64,000 nt of DNA from Bacteriovoracaceae bacterium (GTDB lineage Bacteria; Bdellovibrionota; Bacteriovoracia; Bacteriovoracales; Bacteriovoracaceae): assembly GCA_048270185.1 (NCBI GenBank), contig JBLWTJ010000001.1, forward strand, positions 1,312,001-1,376,000, given 5' to 3'. Made by a program: the position numbers and the translations under genes. How positions within the stretch are numbered: position 1 is the stretch's first letter; each line of letters begins with the position of its first letter. Positions 18,564 through 27,905 of this stretch are shown in pieces. The notes below the pieces were generated by a model. The model worked only from the letters and a program-made list of their open reading frames with translations, had not been told where the DNA came from and did not search any database.

Positions 18564-19397
18564 CTATAAACGACAATCTTTCTTTAAAGTTGATGGCATT
18601 TTTATATTTTTATCTACGAGATCACAAAATAGCTTATTCATTGAATCTTTAATACTCTTATCATTAATCCTATTTGTTTTTCGTACAAGTCTCGATATAA
18701 GATAATTTGACTTAGTTGGTTTGATACTTAAAATATTATCTTTATTTTCAAACGCACATTGATAGTCAGAGTTATCAATACAACCCTCTACTCTAGTCTC
18801 AACGACTCCATAACATCCACTTCTCAAATGCTTGAACAAATCTATTCCATAATCACCTTTCATTTCTTCAAACGATATTTGAAACTTCTTAGCGTAATAT
18901 GAATATGATTCTGCTTCAAAGCACTTTAAATTATCTTGAACTTTTAATCGAGATAGAGTTTTTATAAAATTAACACGATCATTATTTTCAGCATACTCAC
19001 TTAATAACGATTCGCAATTTCCGTAATTACAATCTTCTAATGATTTCTCTTTAGATAAAGTCTTTTGATAGTCTTCGTAGTTTAGCTCTCTGTACTTCTG
19101 AACTCCATAAAACACAGGAGCCCAAATAGGGTAAAAATACGTAAAACTCCAAATACACACCCCGTGAATTTCAATTTCAGAGTCAGAGAAATTTCCCAAC
19201 CCCTCAAATGGCATAGGAATATAATTATCTTTAGCCTTGGACATATCCCAGGCCATTGGCAACTTAAGTCCAAGCAAAACAAACCCAAGTAAAATACTGT
19301 AGCCAACTCTCTTATTTAAGCTTGCAATCTTTCTTCTCTTCTTGAGGTATAACTCAGAAAAAACAAAGCAAATAATCAAAATATCAATCGACATCAT
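18564..19397 (-). CDS. Membrane-anchored Cys-rich hypothetical protein (paralogue of 21688-22566)
   Basis: N-terminal ~55 aa nearly identical to 21688-22566, with a divergent Cys-rich C-terminal domain. Confidence 0.8.
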   Translation of the reverse strand: MMSIDILIICFVFSELYLKKRRKIASLNKRVGYSILLGFVLLGLKLPMAWDMSKAKDNYIPMPFEGLGNFSDSEIEIHGVCIWSFTYFYPIWAPVFYGVQKYRELNYEDYQKTLSKEKSLEDCNYGNCESLLSEYAENNDRVNFIKTLSRLKVQDNLKCFEAESYSYYAKKFQISFEEMKGDYGIDLFKHLRSGCYGVVETRVEGCIDNSDYQCAFENKDNILSIKPTKSNYLISRLVRKTNRINDKSIKDSMNKLFCDLVDKNIKMPSTLKKDCRL

Positions 19398-19417
19398 AAT
19401 ATGATTCTTTCCATTTC
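19234..19417. repeat. 184-bp direct repeat, copy 1 (copy 2 at 22403-22586)
   Basis: Ungapped near-identity at offset 3169, covering 20 bp upstream and the 5' coding end of the two paralogues. Confidence 0.9.
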
Positions 19418-19424
19418 TTAATAA

Positions 19425-19442
19425 AGATTCTAGGTGCTTTTC
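19425..19442. repeat. Degenerate copy of the 18-bp RAYT-flanking repeat
   Basis: AGATTCTAGGTGCTTTTC(ATT) compared with TGGTTCCAGGTGCCTTTT(CATT) at 20633; same orientation. Confidence 0.6.
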
Positions 19443-19445
19443 ATT

Positions 19446-20606
19446 CTAATCGTTTTCTATGGTGATTTTATAAGTGTTATTCTTTCCAGTTTTTTTAAAT
19501 GTCATTCTTAAGTGTTTATTTCTTAAATAATCTTCATCATTATAAAAACGATATCCAATCATGCCTGAATCTATTTCGTAATCAGAAAATGGTTTCCAAT
19601 CAGGATAACGAGCTAAGTATGATGCATCAATATATGATTGTTTCTTCAAACGGGCCATATTTAAGAAGTAGTTATCTACATCCTTCATATTAAACCTCCC
19701 CTTTATAAAAAAAGGCCTAAATTCATATGCTGAATAATATGTTATATAAAGAAGCATTGCGATTGATTGTTTTTCAACAATTTTATTTTTCACAAATATA
19801 CTATCAAGGAATTTATTTCTAGCTTTGAAAGAACTTCCAACAAAACCTCCCTTGTACTCTAATAATTTTTGTCCAGACTCTAGATATTCATCAAATGTGA
19901 ATCTGTCATTTAATAGTAGAGTCTCTCTCAGTTTGTATAACTCATTTTCAGCTGAAAATAATTCATCTCCATACATCATTTTTATAATATTATTTGTCGG
20001 AATATTAATGTGTAATATATCTAATTCGGATATTTTTAAGTAATAAGTATGCTCTTTTATTTTGATTGTTGCATAATCATCATTTAATTTATCAACTAAA
20101 ATTGTACTTCCGGTGTAAAGTAAGAAGTTAAATAACTCTCTATTTTTATCATAAAAAATAGTTTCACTTCCTAGAGGGAGTTTCTCTCCCTCACCTACTG
20201 ATCGTGAAATACATATAGATTTTCTATACTTACCAAGAAAGTTAATATAATAGTCACTTTGCTCAAGCTTAGGATCTTTTGAAGAACAGTTGAGCATATC
20301 CTTGTATTTATCAATAGAATCATTTTTTTGCCATTTAACAAATTCAAGTGCAACCTTCTTAAAACCTCTGTCGTGATAGAGTTTAAAGCGACCAAGCTTT
20401 TGAATATTTTTCTCATCAGGCTTTTGCCAATTCAACGTAATTTGATATTTATCATAAGGAAATCCGTGCCAGTTATTCTCTTTCATAAACGCTATGGCAC
20501 GTTGATCGATTTCCTTGCGTTGCTTTGCTGAATAATTACTCATAGCAGAGGAGTCTACAATAGCTAAAGTTAGAACAATTGAGAATATTGCTTTAAATTT
20601 ATTCAT
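19446..20606 (-). CDS. Exported hypothetical protein, AT-rich
   Basis: Start moved to ATG 20606 (GAGGG RBS); signal peptide MNKFKAIFSIVLTLAIVDSSA. Confidence 0.7.
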   Translation of the reverse strand: MNKFKAIFSIVLTLAIVDSSAMSNYSAKQRKEIDQRAIAFMKENNWHGFPYDKYQITLNWQKPDEKNIQKLGRFKLYHDRGFKKVALEFVKWQKNDSIDKYKDMLNCSSKDPKLEQSDYYINFLGKYRKSICISRSVGEGEKLPLGSETIFYDKNRELFNFLLYTGSTILVDKLNDDYATIKIKEHTYYLKISELDILHINIPTNNIIKMMYGDELFSAENELYKLRETLLLNDRFTFDEYLESGQKLLEYKGGFVGSSFKARNKFLDSIFVKNKIVEKQSIAMLLYITYYSAYEFRPFFIKGRFNMKDVDNYFLNMARLKKQSYIDASYLARYPDWKPFSDYEIDSGMIGYRFYNDEDYLRNKHLRMTFKKTGKNNTYKITIEND

Positions 20607-20632
20607 TTTCCCTCTAGTTTCCGATACAACAT

Positions 20633-20650
20633 TGGTTCCAGGTGCCTTTT
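20633..20650. repeat. 18-bp inverted repeat on one side of the RAYT gene
   Basis: TGGTTCCAGGTGCCTTTT matches the reverse complement of 21656-21673 at 17 of 18 positions. Confidence 0.8.
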
Positions 20651-20690
20651 CATTGACCATGCGTAACCTTATATAAAACTATATAATTGC

Positions 20691-20718
20691 TTATCGTCAT
20701 CGAAGAAAATAAAATTGA
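20691..20718 (-). promoter_or_regulatory. Putative sigma-28-like promoter
   Basis: TCAA-N16-GACGATAA upstream of the 20606 gene; same layout as 22603-22630. Confidence 0.4.
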
Positions 20719-20793
20719 ACAGAATCATTCACTTTAGATAAGCAAAAGATTTACATTATAACTATAAGATAAAACACAGGTAAAGAATTTCAA

Positions 20794-21513
20794 TTAAAAC
20801 AGAGAAATTTGATTTGAATTTGCGTTCTGTATAGGAACAATCTCTTCCCATAGACTAACATACTTAATGTATTTTGGATGAATCACTTCTGGTTCAACAA
20901 TTCTATTTCGAGAATCCTTTCCATAGCGAAAATCAGGCCTCAATAAACCTTGAGAAATGCTTCTATCTTCATCTGTATTGAAACTAATATTTAACCACTC
21001 TAGAGCATCACTTGCTCGATACAAATCAAAAGCAAATAAATCGACTAGCTCAGAATTAGAAAACGGGGTCTCAGGACCAAATAAAGAACAAGTCGAATAA
21101 GGATACATTTGAACTTCAGAGACAAGACTCGCCTTAACAGGGTTTCGTAAAATATACTTGTAAGTATTTGCTCTATAACTTGATTTGGTTAACAAAGAAG
21201 ATTTATATCTACCACCGTAAATTGAGTTTAACACTCCTGCCTTTTTTTGCACTTCTAGTGTTGTCATCTTCATTACCCAGTACATAACTTCATCAATATT
21301 TGCCATGGGAGTTTCGAGCATTAAATGGAAATGATTATTCATTAGTGTAAAGGCATATATTTTCACATTATAATCCCTAACAACTTTCTCTAATGCACTT
21401 AAATAAACCCTCCACATCTGTTTGATAGGCAATGGAAACCAAGTTTTATTATGTGATCTAGCAACAACATGATAAGGATATTTGTTAGTTCTTAATGTTT
21501 TTCTACGCCCCAT
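20794..21513 (-). mobile_element. REP-associated tyrosine transposase (RAYT, Y1/HUH family)
   Basis: YHVVARSHNK, HUH motif MNNHFHL, GRYKS, catalytic YILRNPVKA and YPYST. No adjacent tnpB. Confidence 0.88.
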
Positions 21514-21655
21514 ATTTCACCTCTTACGATATTAACGAGCAAGAAGCTGTAAACTTTAATAAAGATAAGTATCTGAAAGTTTTAAACATTACAGACTATA
21601 TTTAAAAAAACATTAAAATATACATATAAAAAACATGAAAACACATAGCGCAAAG

Positions 21656-21673
21656 AAAAAGCACCTGGAACCA
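21656..21673. repeat. 18-bp inverted repeat on the other side of the RAYT gene
   Basis: AAAAAGCACCTGGAACCA, inverted partner of 20633-20650. Confidence 0.8.
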
Positions 21674-21687
21674 TTTATTGAACCTTC

Positions 21688-22566
21688 TTAATATGATTTA
21701 CACTGATGTTTTAGAACCGTATGGATCTTTTGTTCATGGTTAACTGATTCACATAATATCAAGGTTGCATCATTTTTAAACTTCAAGAATTGTTCGTCGG
21801 AGTAATCTTCTTTCTTATCCAAGTAGTTATTCTTTCCCATAAACCCTATTAATAAAGCTAAGGAAGTATTTATTTTCTTTGAATCAATATTATTTACATA
21901 TTTCATATTTAATTTCAGACATTCGATATCTAGCCCATTGAGACAACTCTTAATTTTCATATTAACAACTTTGGTACACCCTCTTTCTATTGGGTCAATT
22001 AGGTCAATCGAATACTTTTCGACCATATCCTCTATTGTTAAATTAAATTGTTCAGCATAACGAGCATAAGCATTAGCTCTATAGCATTCTAGATTTTTTT
22101 TCTCTTTTAATCGATGTAGTGTAATCAAGAAATTCTTTCTATCATTCTTGTCCGCATAGAAACTGAGTAATGCACCACACTTCCCCATATCACAGTCTTC
22201 TAGAATTTTTTGATCAAAAGCCATTTGATTATAATCTGCATAGGCGTAATCTCTATACTCATTAATAGCAAAAAACACTGGAGCCCATACAGGATAAAAA
22301 TAAGTAAAGCTCCATATTGATGCTCCAAGCAACTCAACCTCAGAATCTGTGAGATTATCGGTCCCCCTGTGTGGCATCGGGATATACCCTTCTCCTTCCC
22401 CGGCCTTGGACATATCCCAGGCCATTGGCAACTTAAGTCCAAGTAGTACAAACCCAAGCAAGATACTGTAGCCAACTCTCTTATTTAAGCTTGATATCTT
22501 TCTCTTTTTTCTGAGATATAGTTCAGAGAAAACATAACAAATTATCAAAATATCAATCGACATCAT
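21688..22566 (-). CDS. Membrane-anchored Cys-rich hypothetical protein (paralogue of 18564-19397)
   Basis: Shared N-terminus MMSIDILIIC..PMAWDMSKA and IWSFTYFYP.WAPVF, with a divergent C-terminus. Confidence 0.8.
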   Translation of the reverse strand: MMSIDILIICYVFSELYLRKKRKISSLNKRVGYSILLGFVLLGLKLPMAWDMSKAGEGEGYIPMPHRGTDNLTDSEVELLGASIWSFTYFYPVWAPVFFAINEYRDYAYADYNQMAFDQKILEDCDMGKCGALLSFYADKNDRKNFLITLHRLKEKKNLECYRANAYARYAEQFNLTIEDMVEKYSIDLIDPIERGCTKVVNMKIKSCLNGLDIECLKLNMKYVNNIDSKKINTSLALLIGFMGKNNYLDKKEDYSDEQFLKFKNDATLILCESVNHEQKIHTVLKHQCKSY

Positions 22567-22586
22567 AATATGATTCTTTCCATTTC
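22403..22586. repeat. 184-bp direct repeat, copy 2
   Basis: Matches 19234-19417 without gaps. Confidence 0.9.
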
Positions 22587-22602
22587 ATTTAATAGTACTA
22601 CT

Positions 22603-22630
22603 TTATCGACATAACAAAATATAAAGTTGA
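22603..22630 (-). promoter_or_regulatory. Putative sigma-28-like promoter
   Basis: TCAA-N16-GTCGATAA, ~35 bp upstream of the 22566 start. Confidence 0.45.
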
Positions 22631-22697
22631 ACAAAGTCATCAACTTCATTAAGTCTAAAGAATAGCGAGGTAGGTATTTGATTATTCTGGTTTTAGG

Positions 22698-23762
22698 CTA
22701 AGACCAAAGATTAGCTTCTTTTTCTAATTCACTCTTAAGCTGTCCGCATGCTGCAAGGATATCACTCCCCTTTGTCGTACGAATCGTCGTCGTAATTCCA
22801 CCACTATCTAATTGCTCTTTAAACCAATTGATACGGCTTACACTTGGGCGCTTAAAATTTGATTCTGGGTATTCATTAAATGGAATGAGGTTAACCTTTG
22901 AAACCTTCTTTGGCAGAAGATTAAGTAGGGCCTTCACATCCTCGGCGCGGTCATTGTACTGATCGATTAGAAGATACTCATAGGTAATATAGCGATGGGC
23001 CTTAAGAGGAATTTCCTTAATCGCTGATAACAGTCGATCAAGGTCATAGGCCTTATTGATTGGCATAAGTTCCGTGCGAATTTCGTTGTGAGCAGCGTGA
23101 AGAGAGATGGCGATATTAACAGGTGGAAATTCTTCAAGCTTCTTGATGGCCGGAACAAGGCCAGATGTAGAAATCGTCACACGTCTTTGAGAAAGACCTA
23201 GGGCCTTCTCATCAACCATCAGTTCAGTTGCGGCCTTTACATTTTCAAAGTTATGCAGAGGTTCCCCCTGTCCCATGAAAACAACATTTGAAAGGCGCTC
23301 TTCTTCACCAACTTTTTCTTTTAAAAATTTTGTAACTGCTAGGAATTGTCCAATGATCTCCCCTGCTTCAAGGTGGCGCATAAGCCCCATTGTTCCAGTG
23401 TGGCAGAAAGTACAACCGATGGCACAACCAACTTGTGAAGACACACAAAGAGTCTTGCGGTTAGAACGAGCAGGAATCATAACCGTCTCAACTGTCTTGC
23501 TATCTCTCATAGCAATAAGAAACTTGCGAGTCCCGTCACTTGAAAGTCCGTTCCAAACTATCTTAGGTAATTCAAAGTCGTAATTTTCAGTTAAAAGCGA
23601 TTTTAAATTCTTTGAAATATTGGTCCAATTTTCAGGATTAAATTCAAGCTTTTCATAAACCCATTGCAGAATTTGATTGGCCACAAAACCCTTCTGACCA
23701 TTCTCTTCAAGGAATGATTTTAAGGCCTTAGGCGATAGCGAATAGAAAAGCTGCTTCTGCAT
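22698..23762 (-). CDS. rlmN: 23S rRNA m2A2503/tRNA methyltransferase RlmN
   Basis: CVSSQVGCAIGCTFC radical-SAM motif, MGQGEP and AACGQL. Start moved to ATG 23762 (GGAG RBS). Confidence 0.96.
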   Translation of the reverse strand: MQKQLFYSLSPKALKSFLEENGQKGFVANQILQWVYEKLEFNPENWTNISKNLKSLLTENYDFELPKIVWNGLSSDGTRKFLIAMRDSKTVETVMIPARSNRKTLCVSSQVGCAIGCTFCHTGTMGLMRHLEAGEIIGQFLAVTKFLKEKVGEEERLSNVVFMGQGEPLHNFENVKAATELMVDEKALGLSQRRVTISTSGLVPAIKKLEEFPPVNIAISLHAAHNEIRTELMPINKAYDLDRLLSAIKEIPLKAHRYITYEYLLIDQYNDRAEDVKALLNLLPKKVSKVNLIPFNEYPESNFKRPSVSRINWFKEQLDSGGITTTIRTTKGSDILAACGQLKSELEKEANLWS

Positions 23763-23915
23763 GATTGCTCCAAATAATTTCAAAAGTCATATATATGGTT
23801 AGTGGCTAATTTTTACAAGATGCCCTGTAGAATTTTTGCTATTTTAGGGGCTTTTAGGGCAGAATAAGGGCAAGTTTACCAAAATCCAATAAAATCACAT
23901 GAGTTTGGAGATTAT

Positions 23916-24734
23916 ATGAAATTAGTTCTATCAATTGTGACGATACTTCTTATGAATACGGCCCTTGCTGGTCTCATTGGAACCGTCCCTTCTAAAGACA
24001 AAATCCTTACTCGCATTGATAAGACAACAACTTCAAATTCGGCCCTTTCATCTCGTATCAAGATCGCCGTTTGGAATATGTATAAAGGTAAGAAGCTTAG
24101 TTGGTATCGTGACTACCAAGATCTACTTGCTGATAGTGATATCATTCTTGGACAAGAATTCTTCTTAAAAGACTCAATGAAGTCGGCCTTAGAGAATCCA
24201 TACCAGAGAGAAAATATTCTCGCGACTTCTTTCTTAAATAAAGAAGGAATCGCCACTGGCGTTTTCACAAGCTCAAGCGTTAAGGCCAAGAGTGCACAAG
24301 CTTTCCAAAGTATTGATCGCGAGCCAGTGGCCAACACACCAAAACTTTCTCTTATTACAACTTACCCACTTGAGAGTGGACAGACGCTAACGATTGTTAA
24401 TATCCACGCCCTAAACTTTGTAGGCATAAATCCATTCTTTAAGCAAGTCAACGAACTGATTAAAGCAGTCAAAAAACTTAAAGGCCCAGTGGTTTTTGCA
24501 GGTGATTTTAATACAAATGCTCCTTCTAAGACTCTTTCAATGAAGATGTTATTTAAAGGTGCGGGCTTTAAGGAAGTTAAATTCTCAGGTAAAGATTCTC
24601 GTATGACGTTCCTCGGCCAAAAGCTTGACCATATTTGGTACCGCGGTCTAGAGCTAGTGGATGCAAGAGTGTTAGGAAATGTTGACGGTTCTGACCATAA
24701 GCCGATGCACGCAATTTTTGACACCATCGAATAA
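23916..24734 (+). CDS. Secreted endonuclease/exonuclease/phosphatase (EEP, YafD-like)
   Basis: Signal peptide, WNMYKG, LGQE, NIHALNF, AGDFN, LDHIWYRGL and SDH. Confidence 0.88.
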   Translation: MKLVLSIVTILLMNTALAGLIGTVPSKDKILTRIDKTTTSNSALSSRIKIAVWNMYKGKKLSWYRDYQDLLADSDIILGQEFFLKDSMKSALENPYQRENILATSFLNKEGIATGVFTSSSVKAKSAQAFQSIDREPVANTPKLSLITTYPLESGQTLTIVNIHALNFVGINPFFKQVNELIKAVKKLKGPVVFAGDFNTNAPSKTLSMKMLFKGAGFKEVKFSGKDSRMTFLGQKLDHIWYRGLELVDARVLGNVDGSDHKPMHAIFDTIE

Positions 24735-24788
24735 TCTCAGCGATAATAGACATTAAATAAATAATTTATTCAGACAAAAGGATTTGTT

Positions 24789-25625
24789 GTGAAAAAAATT
24801 GCATTAAGCATAATGCTTGCGATGTCGACACTTGCAAGCTCAAATATCAGTACAAAATCACTTCTTCATAAAATACCAAGCATCAATAATGTCATCGATT
24901 ACAAATCAAATGTAAGCTGCCCGACTTGCTACTTCCCAAATGAGTTCACGGTAACGGCATGGAATATGTACAAGGGAAAGAATGAAAGCTGGGAAAGTGA
25001 TTTCGATGCACTTCTTGCTGAAAGTGATATCCTGCTTGGCCAAGAGTTTATCCTAAAAGATGTCATGAAGGATCGTCTGCAAACCCCAGTTGATGAAGAT
25101 ATCGTTCTTGCCACTTCTTTTGTAAGTTTTAAAAAGTACAAAACAGGTGTGACTAATATTTCAAAATTTGCGACGTCTTTAATCACTCCCCTTCGAAGTG
25201 ATGTTAAAGAGCCTTTCATTGGCACGCCAAAAATGGTTCTTTCAACTCAGTATGAATTAGAAGACGGGCGCCCAATTACTTTCATCAATATCCACGCCAT
25301 CAACTTCGTGGCCAAGAGAAAGCTTAAGAAGCAACTTAAGCAAGTTATGAAACATATCAATTCGACAACAGGCCCTGTGGTCTTTGCCGGAGACTTCAAT
25401 ACAAATTCAAAGAAGAAAATTCGCATGATGCGCGAGCTCCTAACGTCAATTGGATTCCAAGAGGCCGTCTTCATAGGTCGTGATGATCGTATGAAATGGC
25501 TTGGAAATAAACTGGACTATATTTGGTATCGTGGGCTTGAGCTAATCGAAGCTCGTGTGCGCGGTGAGGTTCAGGGCGCTGACCATAAACCTCTGCAGGC
25601 GACGTTCAAAGTTATTAACGAATAA
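24789..25625 (+). CDS. Secreted EEP-family protein, tandem paralogue
   Basis: Same motifs: WNMYKG, LGQE, AGDFN, LDYIWYRGL and ADH. Confidence 0.88.
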   Translation: MKKIALSIMLAMSTLASSNISTKSLLHKIPSINNVIDYKSNVSCPTCYFPNEFTVTAWNMYKGKNESWESDFDALLAESDILLGQEFILKDVMKDRLQTPVDEDIVLATSFVSFKKYKTGVTNISKFATSLITPLRSDVKEPFIGTPKMVLSTQYELEDGRPITFINIHAINFVAKRKLKKQLKQVMKHINSTTGPVVFAGDFNTNSKKKIRMMRELLTSIGFQEAVFIGRDDRMKWLGNKLDYIWYRGLELIEARVRGEVQGADHKPLQATFKVINE

Positions 25626-25992
25626 ACTGCGAAAAGAATCCCTTCTTATTGTGATCAGGGTTTTCTAATAATTGCCCGTTTTCAATAAAGGCACCGAGTA
25701 GGTCGGAAACTTTATTGCTGGCCTCAAAGCACTTATTGAAACACTCCGGCGAGATGAGACAAACCTTGCCCTGCTTGAAGCGATCGCTTAGGTCGTAGGC
25801 AAATTTTGTGAGCTCATCTTCATCAAAGAAGCCACTAAGGTATCCCTCTGGAGTGACTTCGAGCCTCTCATCCATTTCAATTTCATTTAAGTCTACAGCA
25901 GTCTTTGAAGTGAAGATTGATCTGATGAGAAAGAGATTATATCTTTCGCTATACACGTAACTTACAAATAATACTTTATCTTCGCTTGCCAT
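25615..25992 (-). CDS. Hypothetical protein
   Basis: 125-aa ORF coupled to the upstream gene. Confidence 0.65.
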   Translation of the reverse strand: MASEDKVLFVSYVYSERYNLFLIRSIFTSKTAVDLNEIEMDERLEVTPEGYLSGFFDEDELTKFAYDLSDRFKQGKVCLISPECFNKCFEASNKVSDLLGAFIENGQLLENPDHNKKGFFSQFIR

Positions 25993-25994
25993 AA

Positions 25995-27722
25995 CTACTC
26001 CGAGATAATCCCAAAATCGAGAGAGATACTACCCTTTGGCATAAAGTTTAGCTCGATCTCATAAGGTGAATTATTAATTTCAACGTGATTTTGATCAATC
26101 ATCTTTTGAAAGACATATTCCGATGGATATTTAATTGTAAGCTTTTGCTTATAACTTGATGGATTAAAAAAGCTAATGCGCTTAACTTTGTCATACTTAA
26201 GATCAGAAGAAGCTACTCCCCTTTCTTGCCACTTATGTCTAATCTCTCCACTTTGAGTGATCTGACAAGAGCTATGGCCTATGCTTTCAATTACCTTATT
26301 CCAGAACGTATCAAGCTCCTGCGCTGAACATTCTTTAAAATCATTTGAGTTAAAGATAAGAAGTCTTCCATCACCCATGGCAATAGTATTGATCTCAGTT
26401 AGGTAGCGAATTTTTTCAACGCTTAACTCATTTTCAAGATAGAAAGATTCAAGTCTTCTCACAAGAGCGCGATCAAGATGGGCAAGATCAATAATGACTC
26501 TCCCACCGCTCATGAAAAGTTTTAAAACTTTTCCAAGTAGCTTGTCGTTAATCTCTTTTCCATTAAAGTAGAAGAATTGAAATGAACTCTCCACGAGGTC
26601 TTCCCAGTGAAAAGTATTAATGTCATTAAAGCAATAATCCCACTGAAACTTAGTCTGACAAAACTTAAGAAAGCCTGAATCAATTAATTGATCCTTACTC
26701 TTTCGATCCTTCTTATCATGAAAGATACAAATTGCGTTTGAGGCCTTAAAGATAAATTCATTTTGCGCAAGGATTGTCTTCTCATTATAGAATTCATCAA
26801 GACGAGAAGAATTAATCACCTGCTTTTTTAGATCAGTATAAATTCCATTCTTGTGACGATTTGGCAGAAGAATTGAAGATGGAAGCATTCCATTATCAAG
26901 ACTCTTAAGGGCATCATCAACAATCTTGGAGTCACTCATTTGATCAAGCATTCTCACTTCGATTGAAGACATCGAACCTTCTAAGAAAGAAAAATTCTTT
27001 GTCCCCTGCCAATTCTTATTTAGAGTTTCCTTGGCAATATCGACGTAGATATTTGAGATTGTTTCATTATATTCAAGAATAAAGTCACGTTCTTGATCTG
27101 GTGTAATCTTCTCTAGTTTTAGCTCATGCTTCTTCATATCGATAAAGCGAGTAAGCCCCGATTGAAACGCCACGGAACGATCAAATATATAAGAGTTAAA
27201 AATACCATTAGCGTAGTGCCCGCAAGTCGCGGCCCACAGAGGCGCCTTGATTTCACTCTTTTCAAAGTAAGCACTAAGCTCACTACAAAAGCGAGAGAAA
27301 CCTTTATAAACTCTTGGATCGTAGAAGCTATAGAAATTATGAAGAGTGCCATCACTATCAGCACTTCCCATATTGATTCCATATTCATCACAACTTGCAG
27401 TACGTGCAAGAAGATACGGAATCCCACCATTTGGTAAGTATGGAACAGGAGTTACCGGAAGAAGAAAAATAATTTCTTTTTCAAGTTCTTGGCAAATATC
27501 GTAAAGACGCTTGAAGTCCGTCTCAGGCTTTTGAGACGCAAAATCGATCTTATCACCCGTATCCGTGTGAAAGCTCCAATTAATTGGTACGATTATCTTA
27601 TCAGTTAAAGATGTTTGTTCTATTTTAGATTTCCAAAGGGAAGCTGAAGTTTTCCAGTAAAAGAACCAATTCTCTCCTGGAAATACCGTGTCCTCATCCT
27701 TGACTACAGGTGTTGTAAGCAT
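25995..27722 (-). CDS. Hypothetical protein with degenerate GH35/GH42 beta-galactosidase-like N-terminus
   Basis: PINWSFH..DF..DFKRLYDICQEL..NGGIP pattern. Start ATG 27722 after AAGGAG. Confidence 0.55.
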   Translation of the reverse strand: MLTTPVVKDEDTVFPGENWFFYWKTSASLWKSKIEQTSLTDKIIVPINWSFHTDTGDKIDFASQKPETDFKRLYDICQELEKEIIFLLPVTPVPYLPNGGIPYLLARTASCDEYGINMGSADSDGTLHNFYSFYDPRVYKGFSRFCSELSAYFEKSEIKAPLWAATCGHYANGIFNSYIFDRSVAFQSGLTRFIDMKKHELKLEKITPDQERDFILEYNETISNIYVDIAKETLNKNWQGTKNFSFLEGSMSSIEVRMLDQMSDSKIVDDALKSLDNGMLPSSILLPNRHKNGIYTDLKKQVINSSRLDEFYNEKTILAQNEFIFKASNAICIFHDKKDRKSKDQLIDSGFLKFCQTKFQWDYCFNDINTFHWEDLVESSFQFFYFNGKEINDKLLGKVLKLFMSGGRVIIDLAHLDRALVRRLESFYLENELSVEKIRYLTEINTIAMGDGRLLIFNSNDFKECSAQELDTFWNKVIESIGHSSCQITQSGEIRHKWQERGVASSDLKYDKVKRISFFNPSSYKQKLTIKYPSEYVFQKMIDQNHVEINNSPYEIELNFMPKGSISLDFGIISE

Positions 27723-27905
27723 CAATCCACTCCTTAAGAAATATTGTAGGTTAGCCAAAACACTTTGACAATTTCAACTACTTACAAATTTCAATCAATT
27801 AGCTAAACACACAATAATGGGCAAAAACATTTTGGGCCTTATTGCCATCGAATGTAAGACACGGTAAGTTATTTCAGACAAAAATTCGATTGAGGGGACA
27901 AAAGC

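Noticed and set aside
20794..21513. IS200/IS605 insertion sequence
   Set aside because: No tnpB and no evident subterminal hairpin ends. The length and the NPVKA/YPYS motifs fit the RAYT clade better.
18564..22586. Diversity-generating retroelement (TR/VR pair)
   Set aside because: No reverse transcriptase is present, the repeat is at the 5' end of both genes, and the differences are not adenine-specific.
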